Shown piece after piece: positions 1-12,557 of a DNA stretch of 21,126 nt. Location of the stretch: positions 1 through 21,126 of the forward strand of contig JAAOMT010000038.1 of NCBI GenBank assembly GCA_016748015.1. The letters are read 5' to 3'. The notes under the pieces are model-generated. The model was not told where the DNA came from, ran no database searches, and saw nothing but the letters and a program-made list of their open reading frames with translations. Made by a program: the position numbers and the translations under genes. The DNA comes from Geosiphon pyriformis uo1. Its lineage: Eukaryota > Fungi > Glomeromycota. Position 1 is the first letter of the stretch. Every line of letters starts with the position of its first letter.

Positions 1-1066
1 TCATTCATTTGTGCACCATATTACGAAATTTTAATTTTGAAACAATATATCATACTAAAGTTTACCATATTATACACTGGACAGATAAATTACCAGACAT
101 TGCATTTTTGTCACAAATAATATCAAAAAGATTTTTGTTGATTACAATGAACAATTAAAAATTTTGTCAAGGATATCTATAAAAAGTTGGCTTAAACCAC
201 ATGTTTAGATGTATTGAGAAGGGAAAATCATAAGAAGTACAAGAATAAATTACATGTGTGTATTATGTTTTGAAACTTTTTTAGGATCCGAACCTGCATT
301 AAATTTAGTATTACTGAAAGTTTTCTAATTTATTAATTTATTACAACATGAAATATTAGAAATTTATTAAAATTATATAAGCAGAATTATTATGGTTTAC
401 TTTCAATTCATTTACCTTCCATTGCAGGTTTCAAAAGGACTTTGTTTGATACTCCTACAATTTGCAGCAAAACAGTACTACAAACTTTATTAATTCTTTT
501 AATTGGTTCTCCTAGTTTTTATTACAAAACCTTAATTTTTTAAATCATTCGAACTTTAATAATACTCAAGTATAAATCAGTTGATCTCATAATTTCGGCT
601 GTTAAGCATATATGTTGTATATACTTTTTAATTGCGGGGTATATTGGTCACGAGAAAAATTGTCCTAATTCTAACGTTTGACAGATGAAATAAATAACAA
701 ACACAATCAAAACTTAAATTTTAAATATCAATAAATGGAATTAGTTTTAGGGTTATTATGTTAATGCCAAGGAAATCTGAAAATAGAAAAATAGTTTGTA
801 AATAATACATCTAAATAACGCCATTAATATAATGCTATAATTTAATTAACAAAGTTTAAAATTTGATATCAATATTGATTATTCAATAATTATGTCTTGA
901 AAACAAATTATAGAAACAATTTTTTAAAACCTTCAAGTTAGTTTTACTGTAATAAAGTACAAAAAAAACAAAGGAATCATCATTAATTATATAAGTAATA
1001 ACTTTAAAAGTTGTAAAAACTTATCATTTTACTTTGTGAAAATGATTACATATCTTTTTCTAGTAA

Positions 1067-1790
1067 TACAGTTTGTTGCAAATAACTTTTGTATTTGAAT
1101 AAATCAATTATTGATTAATACTTTATATGATATTTATTATGAAAAAAGATTTATTTATATAATATTGTTTTCCATTATTCTCAATAATTAATTTACATCC
1201 TCGTTCTGACTTAATTAAATTCTTTAACATATTTTCTGAAACATCATCTCTTATTTCTATAATAAATTGGTTTAAATCTTTATAATTTTTTGGCTTTCTT
1301 TTTTCTACATTTCACTTTTACCCAAAATTTTGCAATGCAATTAAAATTAGATTATGATGACCAATTTAAAATTTTGAAAATTATCTTATTGAAACCTTTT
1401 CATCGAATTACAAATTGATTATTAAAAATCCTGATATACATTGCTTTGTTTATTTTTGTGAACCAATACACATACAGTTTGATTTCTTTTGGAAAAGCCT
1501 CTTTATATGAAGATTTTGTGCTATATTTTATAATTGTACAAATCACAATTTCAAAATGTTTTTAGAGAACTAAAAAATTGGTTAATTGGTAAATACGGTA
1601 TTATCTCAATTATTATTTAGGAATATCTTATCAGTTTTTTTATAATCTTTTGTTAAGTATTAAGGTGAATTTTGGTTTGTTTCTTACATTTAGCAGCCAT
1701 CAAGTGGTTCAATATATATGAGATTACTACCTTTATTTGAGTTTGGTTGACTGTTTTTTCTTATCCAAAGTGGTTTTGTAAGATTGTCAT
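1067..1790 (-). mobile_element. Degenerate Tc1/mariner (IS630-Tc1-mariner) DDE transposase relic
   Basis: Minus-strand fragments occur in the correct order: NNN*DNTVFTN* (about 1615-1580; cf. W..VFTDE), *RGFSKRNQT (cf. WGGFS), LNWSS*SNFNCIAKFW (about 1370-1320; cf. LDWPSxSPDLNPIENLW) and VEKRKPKNYKDLNQFIIE..ENMLKNLIKSERGCKLIIENNG (about 1310-1170; typical Tc1 C-terminus). TA+CAGT at 1067-1072 fits a terminal inverted repeat end. The partner end was not found. Confidence 0.75.
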
Positions 1791-1859
1791 ATATTAAGCA
1801 AATTAAATGTTTTTTTGAGTTATGAATGTTTTTTGTTTAATATATATTATTATTTCAAA

Positions 1860-2050
1860 TGTCTAAGGTTGTATAATATTAACATGAAAACTGTTTTTGT
1901 AATTCAATTGTAAAAAAATTATTGTTGATTTAATTTTAGATTTTGGTAATTGAAATATGAAGTTATTTTAATTATGGTATTATGATTTGACATTTATAAT
2001 ACTTTTTTATTTTTAGAACTTTGCTTAATATTCCTAAAACTAATTTTTTT
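1860..2050 (-). mobile_element. Possible fragment of a Ty3/Gypsy integrase C-terminus
   Basis: Minus strand reads NSFHVNIIQP* (about 1895-1865; cf. HxVFHVxLLKP), preceded by SFRNIKQSSKNKK. Only one good motif. Confidence 0.3.
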
Positions 2051-2221
2051 GATTAATTATTTTACTATAATTTTTTACATTCAATTCTTATTTATTGTTC
2101 TCTAATATCATAATACTTTTTAAAACAAATTAATCATTATAAAATTGTTAATTTTTATTAACTCTTCAAAAATTAAAATTTCATTATTTGCTTGCCCAAG
2201 TCATAATGCTAAGAATTGTTC

Positions 2222-2803
2222 AATGAAAATCTCATTACTGTCCAAATTGATGTGAAGTTTTGTTTAAGAATACAATCAAATTCGAAAAATGATAGTGATC
2301 TATTTTGGAATAAATTTTAAAAAATTATTCCGGTTATCGTGGGTGATTTCTTTATATAAGCTCATCGTATCTGGAACCTCTTTTCCGACTCATATCAGGA
2401 TTACTGATATCAATGGACATTAAAATGAAGTAGTTAGAAAGGTTTAAATTGAATACTTTCAATTTATCTTGGTCAGAATTTTCAGATTTGATTCATGACC
2501 ATTTTGGAAATTCAAAAAAGATTCTGCGAAAAAATTCTCTCAATATTATTTATATAATTACAACATTTAAGACATGAGTATTTTTTAAGATAATACATTG
2601 TAAATTTTTCATCCAAATATTTAAGCAAGCAAGTTTTCATAATGACCTGCATAATGCAAACTTTTGAAGGCTTGCAGTAGAAGTATATAATCAATTAAGC
2701 AGGCTTGTTTTAAATTACAACTCTAAATTGGTAAAATTATCACAATCTGATTTAAACATTGCAGATTCAACTCCAGAAAGTAAATTATTTAATTATAGCT
2801 AGA
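2222..2803 (+). pseudogene. Possible pseudogene fragment of unknown family
   Basis: Higher GC than the flanks. Long near-open plus-strand frames are broken by isolated stops and shifts (NENLITVQIDVKFCLRIQSNSKNDSDLFWNKF*KIIPVIVGDFFI*AHRIWNLFSDSYQDY*; ERFKLNTFNLSWSEFSDLIHDHFGNSKK). No motif recognised. Confidence 0.25.
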
Positions 2804-2904
2804 TTGAATCTTTGTGTGATATTTTGGCGTATTCAAATCAAAGTATTTGGGGGGGGGGGTGTTGGGATCGGATAATTGATTCTTTTCCCGCCTTTTTACT
2901 ATTT

Positions 2905-2932
2905 TGATGATGATGTTGTTGTTGTTGTTGTT
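2905..2932. repeat. Compound (GAT)n/(GTT)n microsatellite, with a poly-G run nearby at 2848-2859
   Basis: Directly visible: tgatgatgatgttgttgttgttgttgtt. Confidence 0.85.
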
Positions 2933-2976
2933 AATTTTAAAGATCTCGAAATAGTACTGTAAGGCTAGTTTGTTAA

Positions 2977-2990
2977 TTCCGCTTCCGAAT
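2977..2990. promoter_or_regulatory. 14-bp motif TTCCGCTTCCGAAT, copy 1
   Basis: Identical to 4933-4946. The regulatory role is inferred only. Confidence 0.35.
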
Positions 2991-3435
2991 CACAGTACGT
3001 ATATAAAATTTTTGGGTAATTTTACGATTCCACTTTTAAAGCTTAGGTTTTTAAAAAAAATAAAATGCAAATTTTCTTTTTGTTTTCAAAAATGAAATAA
3101 ATAATATAATATAATTTTCTGTATTATTTATTTGAAGCTAGAGTAATATTTCAAATATTTTATGTTACAATTGTGTGATCATTGCTTTGAAAAAATGAGA
3201 AAATTTGGTTGCTTTGAAATTGGAAACGTTCACAGAAAGGTCCGTATAAATAGAAAGGGTATCAAGGAAAGGGGTTAGCTATATGATTTCAAATTAGTGT
3301 TTTTTTGTGTTTTTTTCAATTGTTAGTTTAAAAAGTTTGTCTCATAAAAATAAGTATATCAAAGGAATTCCAAGATAATTATCCAGTATATTCTGTTGAA
3401 AAAAAGGGAAATCTTGGTAAAGTAAATTTATTTAT

Positions 3436-4729
3436 TTAAAACCCAAAAATCCTAGCTTGAATCGCTTCAACTATGCGCTCGCCAAGAATCCAATCAATGG
3501 AAGCCAATAAACGTGAATCCATTCCAACATAATATGTAGATTTTGGGAATTGAGAGGTTAACCCGTGAATTATTGCATCGGTCACAAGTCCAGGTGGTGA
3601 AGCACCATCGATTACTTCATCACAAAATTTGCCCACTATTTTAAATTGGGTTTCATACATTTCCAACGTTCTGGCATTGACATTTTCAAGTTTTTCATGA
3701 TATGGAGAGTTTGTAGAAAAACCCGTGAAATCATGGAAATCTTGATGAACTTTATGCGTGAATCTTGTGTCGATTATACCTTTTGAAAAAAGGATGAGCA
3801 AAATATTTGTGTTAGTGTTCAAGAATAATAATTCGTTTGAGAGATGCATCAATAAATAAATGCAGGGTTGAGTAGGACTTGCTGAGTGTTTAATGCAGAA
3901 AAGAATGCATGAACAATCAAGAACTATCAATAAATAGGAAATATTGATACCAACCAGGTTCCACTAACAACATACTAACTCCTAAAGATCGAAGTTCATG
4001 CCTCCAAGTACGAGTTAAAGCCCGTAACGCCGCTTTTGTAGCAGCGTAAATAGCCATCGATGCTGTAGAATTCCATGCAGAGACACTTCCGATATTGATT
4101 ACTCGACCACGGCTTTCCCGTAATAACGGTAAAAAGGTCTTTGTTAAATGAACTATTCCAAAAAAATTTGTTTCGAAACTATCATGAATCGCTAAATCTG
4201 ATGCTACTTCCACTGGAAGATATATCACCGTTGAAGCATTATTGACCAAGCCGACGAAAGGTGTATCTCTACCAAGCGAATGATTTATTGTGTGAAAAGC
4301 TTTCTGTATATCGTTCCTATTTGTCACATCCATTACAATACATTTCAGTGTTCCATTATTGACATTTTTGTAAGCTTTAAATTGCCGAAGTAATGATTCA
4401 AAATCTTCAGCTTTACGAACTGTTGCGAAAACTGTGTATCCTTTTCCAGCCAGGTTCAAAGCTACATCTCGACCTATCCCAACTGATGTTCCTGTTACAA
4501 GTACAGCTGGATGAAATGTTGGAGAAGGCAAATGTACCAAACTTGGTTTTGGAAATCCAAGAAAATTGTTTAATATCAAAGATAATAAATAATTGAATCC
4601 ATAACTCAGATAATCTATCAAGAGTGTGAAGTGAACCAAAACTTCTTTGATTAAATTCCTTAGTGCTAATTCTTCAGATTCTTGAACAAATGGTTGTTTT
4701 GTGGGATTACGGTTAAATGGCATTTTCAT
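3436..4729 (-). CDS. Classical short-chain dehydrogenase/reductase (retinol dehydrogenase / 17-beta-HSD / BDH1-like), 2 exons: 4729-3955 and 3779-3436, about 372 aa
   Basis: Cofactor motif VLVTGTSVGIG (TGxxxGxG), LVNNAS (NNAG variant), ETNFFG, GRVINIGS (catalytic Ser) and YAATK (YxxxK). Splicing joins the two track ORFs into LLVEPG-IIDTRF, the typical SDR VEPGxxxT motif. 775+344=1119 nt, in frame, ending TAA. First ATG is at 4729 (alternative 4723). The TTG start at 4762 is a bacterial-code artefact. Confidence 0.93.
3780..3954 (-). other. Spliceosomal intron of the SDR gene (175 nt, phase 1)
   Basis: Donor G^GTTGGT at 3954, branch point CACTAAC at 3817-3811, pyrimidine-rich stretch, acceptor AAAG^ at 3780. 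Removal restores the frame and a Gly codon. Confidence 0.88.
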
Positions 4730-4932
4730 TAATTGACAAGGAACTAAGGGAAAAAAGAGCAAAGTTTAAGGACAATTTAAAGGGAAATCTGTTACAGAAA
4801 GGGTGAAAATTCTTTAACCCAGTCTGAAATGGTTCGTTATTATGCATTCTAAACAAGTCAATCAGATGTTGCTCACGTTGTACCCTCGTCACACAAACTC
4901 ATTAAAGATTAGCAGAACCACTCCTAAAATAG

Positions 4933-4946
4933 TTCCGCTTCCGAAT
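4933..4946. promoter_or_regulatory. 14-bp motif TTCCGCTTCCGAAT, copy 2, about 200 bp upstream of the SDR start
   Basis: Identical to 2977-2990. The minus strand reads ATTCGGAAGCGGAA (tandem CGGAA). It lies in the putative SDR promoter. Confidence 0.4.
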
Positions 4947-7249
4947 TTCATTTGCCATTAATCATGTACGATCTTTTCCTTAGTCACTTCAATTATGAAA
5001 ATTTCTTCACTGAATAAACATAAATCTACACACATCCAGTAGAATGATTTACAGAATTTTTTAGTGTTCAGATCAAATCATTAATTAGAAGAAACGCTGC
5101 AATACAATAAGAATGAGTCAGTTTATTTCGGTCATTGCAGTTAGCTTAATTATGAGATTTAGCTTAAAATCGGGAAAGATTTGCAAATTATTGTAAATCA
5201 TAAAAATTTTTAATATTTCTATGCATATGTATAACTTTTGAGATCTTTTAAATGTTGAGATGTCTCGCAATAAGTATTGATGTAAGGAGTATTTCAGCCA
5301 TTTTCACATGAAATATATATATTATATTCAATTTGAGTCTTACGACTTCAGCCAAAGAACTAATTATATTGTAAAATTAAATAGAATGAATTCGGAATTC
5401 AAAAAGTAGATCTTTAAAAGTTAAAATAGGAAAATGATTTTCAGAGGGTTAATTATGTCGAATTTTAACTTGATCAAAAAAAAATCTTGTATTCAACAAA
5501 CCATAGCTCAAGAAGCATGTGAATTTAGTCAAACAATTATATGTATGTATTTCGAATGAGATGTTAGTTTTTGCGTCGATCAAGTGATGAACTTTGTGAT
5601 ACCCTTGAAGTTTCAGGATTGTGAATCACCTTACCTATTATAAAATTTAAATTAAAAGCATAAAATTTAAAAAAGTGTATATAACATTCTTTTACTATTA
5701 GACTATAGAAAAATTAATTTTCATATATTATGAGAAATTAATTTCTATTAAAAAACAAAACTAATGATAATAGACAAAATTTATTCCTTTCTTTTCAAAT
5801 GAGAATAATAGCCATCATTCTTGAGTGTAACTTATGAAAATCTTTGTTTATAATTACATGATTTAATTAAGTCATTATAAAAAATTCTTTGTTTTTATAA
5901 TAAAGTAAAAAATTGCAAAGTTTTTGATTAATTACTAATAATAAAAATTAGAAATAGTTTTTTGCAAAAAATTTTAGCAGTAAGACTTTAGTATATGAAT
6001 ATTCTAGGAGATTTCGTTTAAAAAATATTTTTTAAAAGGTTAATTTCTTTGATAAGATTACATATTTGAATAAAACCAAAATTCATAGATTTGTATGTTT
6101 GTATGTTTGTTTAAAAATTTATCCCATTAAAAAATTTTGAAAATGATTCCACCCAATTGTAAAGATAAATTTTCAAAAATTAAACTTTTTAAAAATCATA
6201 CTATCATCCAATAATTCATGGTAAAAAATTTTATTTGATAAAAAATTCTCTGTAACAAAAAAATATATTCTTTCAAAGCTTGTCATATTAAGCAATTGCA
6301 TACATATAAGTAAAAGATTAAACATTAACCAATGAAATTTATAAAACTCACAAATTATCACCTATTACATGAAAATGACAAGAATATTCTTGTAAAAATT
6401 TCTTTACCTAGAAAATCAAAGCTTACAATTTTTACTTAAAGCAGTTTAAGAGTTCCTCTTTCTTTTTCTTTTTTTAATTTTACTATTGAACCGGACTATC
6501 CACTTTGCACTAACGTTAAAGAATAAAAATTTGGATCTTTATTTTGTAACGAAATTTGTGTCTAGCAAAGTTTGATTTCAAAAAACTTATTTAGTTTCAA
6601 AATAAAATTTCCGTTTTTTTTTTTTTATAAATTCACAGAATCTTTTGTTTCCCAAGCTTAATTAAAGCTTTTGAAACTCACCTAAAGTCATCAAACAACA
6701 CTACCAATAAAATACATGTTAAAGTTCGAATCATGGACAAACAGGACGAGATTATTTTGGATGATCTAAATTTCTCCGTAACTATCAGAGGAATCAAAGA
6801 AATGCATTAATTAAGAATTCTTGGGCTAATGGTCTAATTCAAACTGGTTAATGCTTTTCAAAATATCATGTTATTCAAAATTCTGCCTAAAAATATTTGA
6901 AATCAATCAAGATAATAAATTGATTAGTCACTTTCTTATGAACAATTAAAGTATCATTAATGTTGTGGGTAAAGCTTAGAAAAAGAATAAAACTGAATTT
7001 GGCTTTAAAAGCATCGCGTTTGATGTTGAAAAATGTCCGAGCTTGGTTCTGTTTCCCAAAAATGCTGGCATGAGAGATACTTTCAAAGAAGAAGCAAACT
7101 GCTGTTAACTTTACAAAGCTCAAAGACAAACTTTAAAGTTAAATTATCCAAGTCTCAAGTTACTAAATAAAAAGCATTTCAATTACATAAGAAAGAGTTT
7201 TCTTTTGATTACATTCAAAAAAAAACAACCACGGTTGGAAAAAATAATA

Positions 7250-9480
7250 AAAATTAATTTTTAAGATACTTTTAACTTAGTAAAAATACATAAAAAAATG
7301 AATAAAAAACAGTTTTTCAGATATTTTATGACTATTTTAAGTATTTAATTCTGGTATTTGAATTAATAAACATTTTTCTTATTTTTTTAGTATTTACTAA
7401 ATAATGTTTTTAAAAACTATTAAATTAATTTGTTATTTGCTATCTAATAATATTTTATTTATTGTAAAATCCAAAAAGAACATAAATTACATGTTTATTT
7501 GGTTTTAAAGTAATTACAACAATATAAACTACATGTTAAGCTTAAAAAATATGAGTTCAATTAATTTTAAATTGAATTTCTTAAATATGTTTTCTTTTTA
7601 AAAAATTTTTAGAAAAGTTCAAACAAACTAAAATTGGAAAATACTTTTTTTGTGAAAAATGGTTAAAGATTTTTTGGATTTATTAATTTTTATCAATAAT
7701 TTGTTAAAAACTGTTTTAATAATATTACCAATTTTAATAAAAAAAATTATTTATGTAGTTATTTCAAGCTAATAATGTATTTAATTTTTAAAAAATGCTT
7801 TTATCTCTGTTTTTATATTAAATTTTATGTTATTAAAATTAATGTTTTAGCTTTTGTTAGAACTATTCTATTGAAACTAAGATTGAATGACCAATTATAC
7901 TTTATTATTTTTTATTTATTGAAATTTTCTACCTAAAAAAATCAATTATAAAATTTATGATAAAGAACTTTGATAATTATTGCTGTTTTTAAATAATAGC
8001 ATTATTATTTTATTAATATTTAGCATTCAGTTATTGTTCTGTGTAATCATAAAAATTTTCAGTATTTTATAACGATTTAAATACTTAATTAATATCTTAG
8101 TAGTTAATTTTTTGGGAAATTTTAAATTTTAAATTTCTTATTGTTTCAGTTTTTTATAGAACCAAACAAATGTTTTTTAACAAAAGTGATAAAATTTATG
8201 ACTAATAAAGAATTATGCTATTCAAAACAATTTTAAATCAATTAAACAAGTTACAAATATTAATAACATTTTAAATTATATTTTATCTATTATAAAATAT
8301 AATTATGCTAATAAATATTTATTCTATAATAATTAGATTTATGTTTTAAAAGATTTAAAATAATTGAAAGTCTTAAAAAACTATAATAATCTACTTTTTA
8401 AGCACTTTGAAATATTAAATTAGTTATTATTAAATTTATATAAAATTATATAATATCTGTTTTTAGTTTAAACTTTTTTATCATTTATTATTTAGTTTAT
8501 TATAATTTTTGCTTCTTTTAAAACAGGCTTATAGATTAATTTTTATGAAATTTGTAATAGCTTTATTTATAATTGAAAAAAAATACAGTTTTAATAATAA
8601 TAAACTATTTAACCAAAGTAGTTTACTTTATTTATGTTTAAAAAACATAATTTTACAGAAAACAAATTAATTAGTTTTTCAAAATATTGTTAAATTAAAT
8701 GATTTTCCAAGAAAAATAATTTTATATTACAGTTTTTAATTTGTGTTTTAGTTTTGAAACCATTTTTTTGAGCTTTTTGATAATATTTTGTTATTTTAAG
8801 TATTTTATTTTCAATATATTACTTAAATTAATTAAGTTATAAAACAGTAATTATAATGTTTTATAAATTTCTATCAAGATAATTGGCTTGATTTAATATT
8901 ATTAAAAAAATTTGTATATAATAATACTTTTTAAATTTTTGTTATAATTACAGATGGAATTCTAAATTCTAAATTCAATACTTTGTAGTTAAAAAATTAG
9001 TAAATTTTGTTATAAAAAAGCATATTGTTAAAATTTAAAAAAATTAATCTTTAAACTTAAAAATAATATCAAAAATATAAGAAAAAAATAAATAAATAAC
9101 ATTAAAAAACACCTAAATTTGAAATAAACAATAAAATCTGGTTCTTGCAACACAATTTTAAAACAACTTGGTTTTATAATAAATTAAATTGTAAAAAATT
9201 TGGTTTATTTCAAATAACTTGTCAAATTAATTTTTTTATTGAAATCTTATTTCAATTCAATCTTATTTAGTTAAATAAAAAACTATTATATCTATTTAAC
9301 TCAAAAATAATATTAAGTTTAAAGTTAATAAGACTTTAAATTTAAAAAAATTAAAAAACAAATAAAATACTTAGTTTTTTTGAAAAAATACTCTGTTTTA
9401 AAGAGTACTTAAGAACTTAAAAAAAATATAACAAATATCTATTGATTAATTTAAGTGTTTTATGTTTAATATTTATTTTT
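7250..9480 (+). mobile_element. Ty3/Gypsy chromovirus pol relic, copy A (RT - RNase H - integrase - chromodomain), hypermutated
   Basis: KINF*DTFNLVKIHKKNE*KTVFQIFYDYFKYLILVFELIN (from 7250; cf. [41 protein letters not shown]). FVICYL-NNI (about 7430-7455; YLDD). KLKKYEF..IEFLKY. FFGFINFY. INYKIYDKEL (RNase H). IIINYLTKVVYFI (8591-8632; integrase). DFPRKIILYYSF*F (cf. GLPREIISDRGPQF). KFEINNKIWFL..NKLNCKKFGLFQI (GPF motif, about 9115-9220). FKVNKTLN..KYLVF*K.YS..T*EL (chromodomain, about 9315-9430). Confidence 0.9.
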
Positions 9481-9497
9481 TTGAAAGAATTTTATTC

Positions 9498-9520
9498 GAA
9501 AAAAAGATAATATTATAAAA
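9498..9520 (+). other. Putative eroded polypurine tract and start of the 3' LTR of copy A
   Basis: GAAAAAAAGATAA-TATTA directly after the chromodomain. It could derive by G->A/C->T from a G-rich PPT followed by TG... No second LTR was identified. Confidence 0.3.
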
Positions 9521-10099
9521 AAATTATTAATTTTAAAAATTTTAAACTATTTTAGAATATTTTTGAATTAACATATTAATCCAGTTAATAATTGATCTGT
9601 AATTTTTTGAATAAAAAAAACCAACTGATCTATTTTCAGTTTTTCAAATAAATTAATATTAATTGTGAATTAAATTTCTTATATTATTTTTTTTGTGTTG
9701 AAATTTTTATTGTTCTTTGCTAGTTTGTTTAATTATAACATAATAGTAAAACAATTTTTTGGTTTATTTACATTCTTTAAAATTTTTTGTTGTATTTAGT
9801 GCTTGTATAAATTAGTTAAATGGTTTAGTGTTTTGTGTTTTTTAGATATTATTTATTATTAAAAATATACTTAAATTCATATTAATTTTTTTAAAAGGTA
9901 AATTGTTAAAGTTGACTTTTTTAGTTGAATTTGCTAAATTGGTTGGTATACTAATAATTAAATTTTATTTTTTATTGAGTAATAATTTGTTAATTTATTT
10001 GTAATTTTTATGAAAAATTCAGAACCAAAATATAAGAAATTGTAAAAATAAACCAAAGATTTTATTAAGTAAATTTGTAAAAAATAATGTAAATTGAAA

Positions 10100-11700
10100 T
10101 TATATTATTGGTAAAATAAATGCAAAAAAATTCTTTATAAAATTCTATATAGTGTAATTTTAACATAAATTCAGATGACTAATTATATGTAAAAAGATAT
10201 ACAAGTTATATCTAATATGTATTATTTTTATTATATAAGTTAGGTTGTAGTTAGATTATATTTAGCCAATGAAATAAAAAAAACTGGTTATAATTAAATA
10301 GTTTATTATATTTAAATTGCTTTTTAATTAATTAATTTATTAGCTTATTATTTTGATCTTTAATAATAATAATAATCATAATAATAACATAATAATTTTA
10401 ATCAAATAAATTTATTATTGATTCTAAAATTTTTTTTAAAACTGAATAATAATTGATATTATCTTTTGATTTTTTTAATTTTGAACAATTAAAAATTATT
10501 AACTTAAATTTGAATATGAGAATTTAAAATGTTGGTAAGAAATGATTTGAGCTTGTAAATTTCTTTAAAAAATTGAAATTATTTATTTTGTTCTTAATTA
10601 TTATTGTCTATATTATTTTTTCTAATAATTAAATATAAACAAATATAAGTAATTTAATAAATATTAATTCTTAATTATAATTTAAAATTAAAATTTTAAT
10701 AATCTATACAGAATTCAAAAAAGTATTTTTTTTTTAACAAAAAGAATTAAGACTTTTATTAAAAATTTAAAATAATAAATAAATTTTTTAAATTTTTTTC
10801 CAGAAATTTGTGAAAGACTTTAAATTTTGGTCCTAAAAAATTATAAATTGCTCTAAAAAAAATGTTTTATCTTTTATCAAATTAATAAACCAATTATATA
10901 AATAATATTTTGACAATAAGTTAGTTTGTTTTTTATTAAATACAACAATATATTTACAATAACTGAAAATAATAATTGGGCCTTACTTATTAAACAATAA
11001 AAAATATAACTTGGTTAATAACTTGTAATTATTAAAAAACTTTTATTTATTTTTTCTAATAATGTCTTAAAAAAAGTTTTAATTAACAAAATTTTTCTGA
11101 AATTTTTTAAGTAATAGTATTAATAATTTTAAGTATATTAAAAAACCTAGTAATAAATGTTTTTTAGTCAATTAAAAAATATATAATTATGATAAAATCA
11201 CATAAACCCTTAATAACATCAAAAATAATTTTTTTTAATATTTAACAATAGTAAAATTAGTTTTTGAGTTTATTAACTAATATTTTTTGAAACAACAGAT
11301 TGTTTATAATAACTTATAACGAAATAAAATATTATATTAAATTATAAAATCTTAATTAATAAAATAAAAAGCAATACTTAAATTAATTAAAGTTTTTGTA
11401 ATTATGTTAGAATTAAACTTAATTAATTTAAAACTTAACAATGAAACTAAAATTAAAGACAAAATTGTTATAAAACACTTGACAAAATTAATGATTTAAT
11501 ATTAAATTAGTAACAGATTTTAAACTTTAAATCGTAATAAAAACTTGTTTTAAAATTTTGTAATACAAATTAGTATTTTGGTAATTATTTTAAATTTAAA
11601 GTAAAGATAAAACTTAATTACAATCTGAGATAACATAAAAAGTTTAATTACTATGTTAACAGAATTTTAAATACAAAATATAGAAATTAAGATATTTAAA
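10100..11700 (+). mobile_element. Ty3/Gypsy pol relic of a different family (element C: RT end, RNase H, integrase)
   Basis: FEQLKIINLNLN (about 10480; cf. FERLRxANLxLN), KELRLLL..FQKFVKDF (10741-10822; cf. KELRSFLG..YRKFVKDF), KYIK..NLVINVF-SQ (11131-11172; cf. EYIKG..NLVADALSR), IVIKHLTKLM (11464-11493; cf. VxIDHLTK). Boundaries are approximate. Confidence 0.5.
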
Positions 11701-12557
11701 TTAAAAGTTTATTTTGTTTAAAACTCAATGTTTTTTATAAGATATTAACAAGTAATATAATACAATATAAACAAAAATTATTACTTTGCCAATATGATTT
11801 TTCTGTTTTTATAAAAGATTTATAGTAAATTACATTAATATATATTAAGTTATTTTAAAATAAAATTGATAACCAATTGCTTATAAAGAATTAAACAGAT
11901 CCAAAATTATTAGCATAACTTTAAAAATATTATTTTTTACAATATTTAAAAAGTTAATTATAACAATAAACTGTATTTTTAATAAGCTTTGCTTAATACA
12001 TTAATTTTAAATAAAATTAGGAACAAATTTTAAATATTGTTACATAAACCAAAATAAAATTGGTAATTAACACTTTTTTTATTAGTTAATATTATTATGA
12101 TTAGATATAATAAGTTAATAAATAACAAAAGAAAACAGTATTGTATGACAATAAAAATAATAAAAAGATAATTCAACTTTAATAAGCGAATTAAATTAAT
12201 AAAAATTTAATGTACAAAATCAGTTTTATAAATATTTCAGTTACTATTCTTTTCAAAAAAATAACAAAGAATCTAAAAATAGAAGAATAGTTTATATTAT
12301 TAACAAAAGATAAGAAATATAATTCTATGCCTTACATTAGTTTTTTTAAAATTTAATATCAGATATTAATTGTACTTTTTAGTAAGTATTTATTCAATAT
12401 AATTCACTAAAACTATTATATAAATTAAGAAAAAAAATAGTGAAAAATAAATAAAAAAGTTGATATTATTGTATTAATTTTTACTTCGAATGAATTTAAT
12501 TCAAGTATAAATAAAAATTTACAACTTTAAAAAGTTTTGCTTATATACTCTTAAAAA

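Noticed and set aside
1-700. Possible LINE or gag relic: zinc-knuckle-like FNCG..IGHEKNCP at about 625-668 and a CxxC-like patch near 200
   Set aside because: Both need frameshifts, and no second independent motif supports them.
3436-4762. Two separate genes, or a programmed frameshift, from track ORFs 3436-3930 and 3917-4762
   Set aside because: A canonical GT-AG intron with a CTAAC branch point joins them into one SDR.
2512-7129. Short track ORFs 2512-2694, 4393-4596, 6173-6361 and 6887-7129
   Set aside because: They are short, mostly have non-ATG starts, show no motifs, and one is antisense to the SDR.
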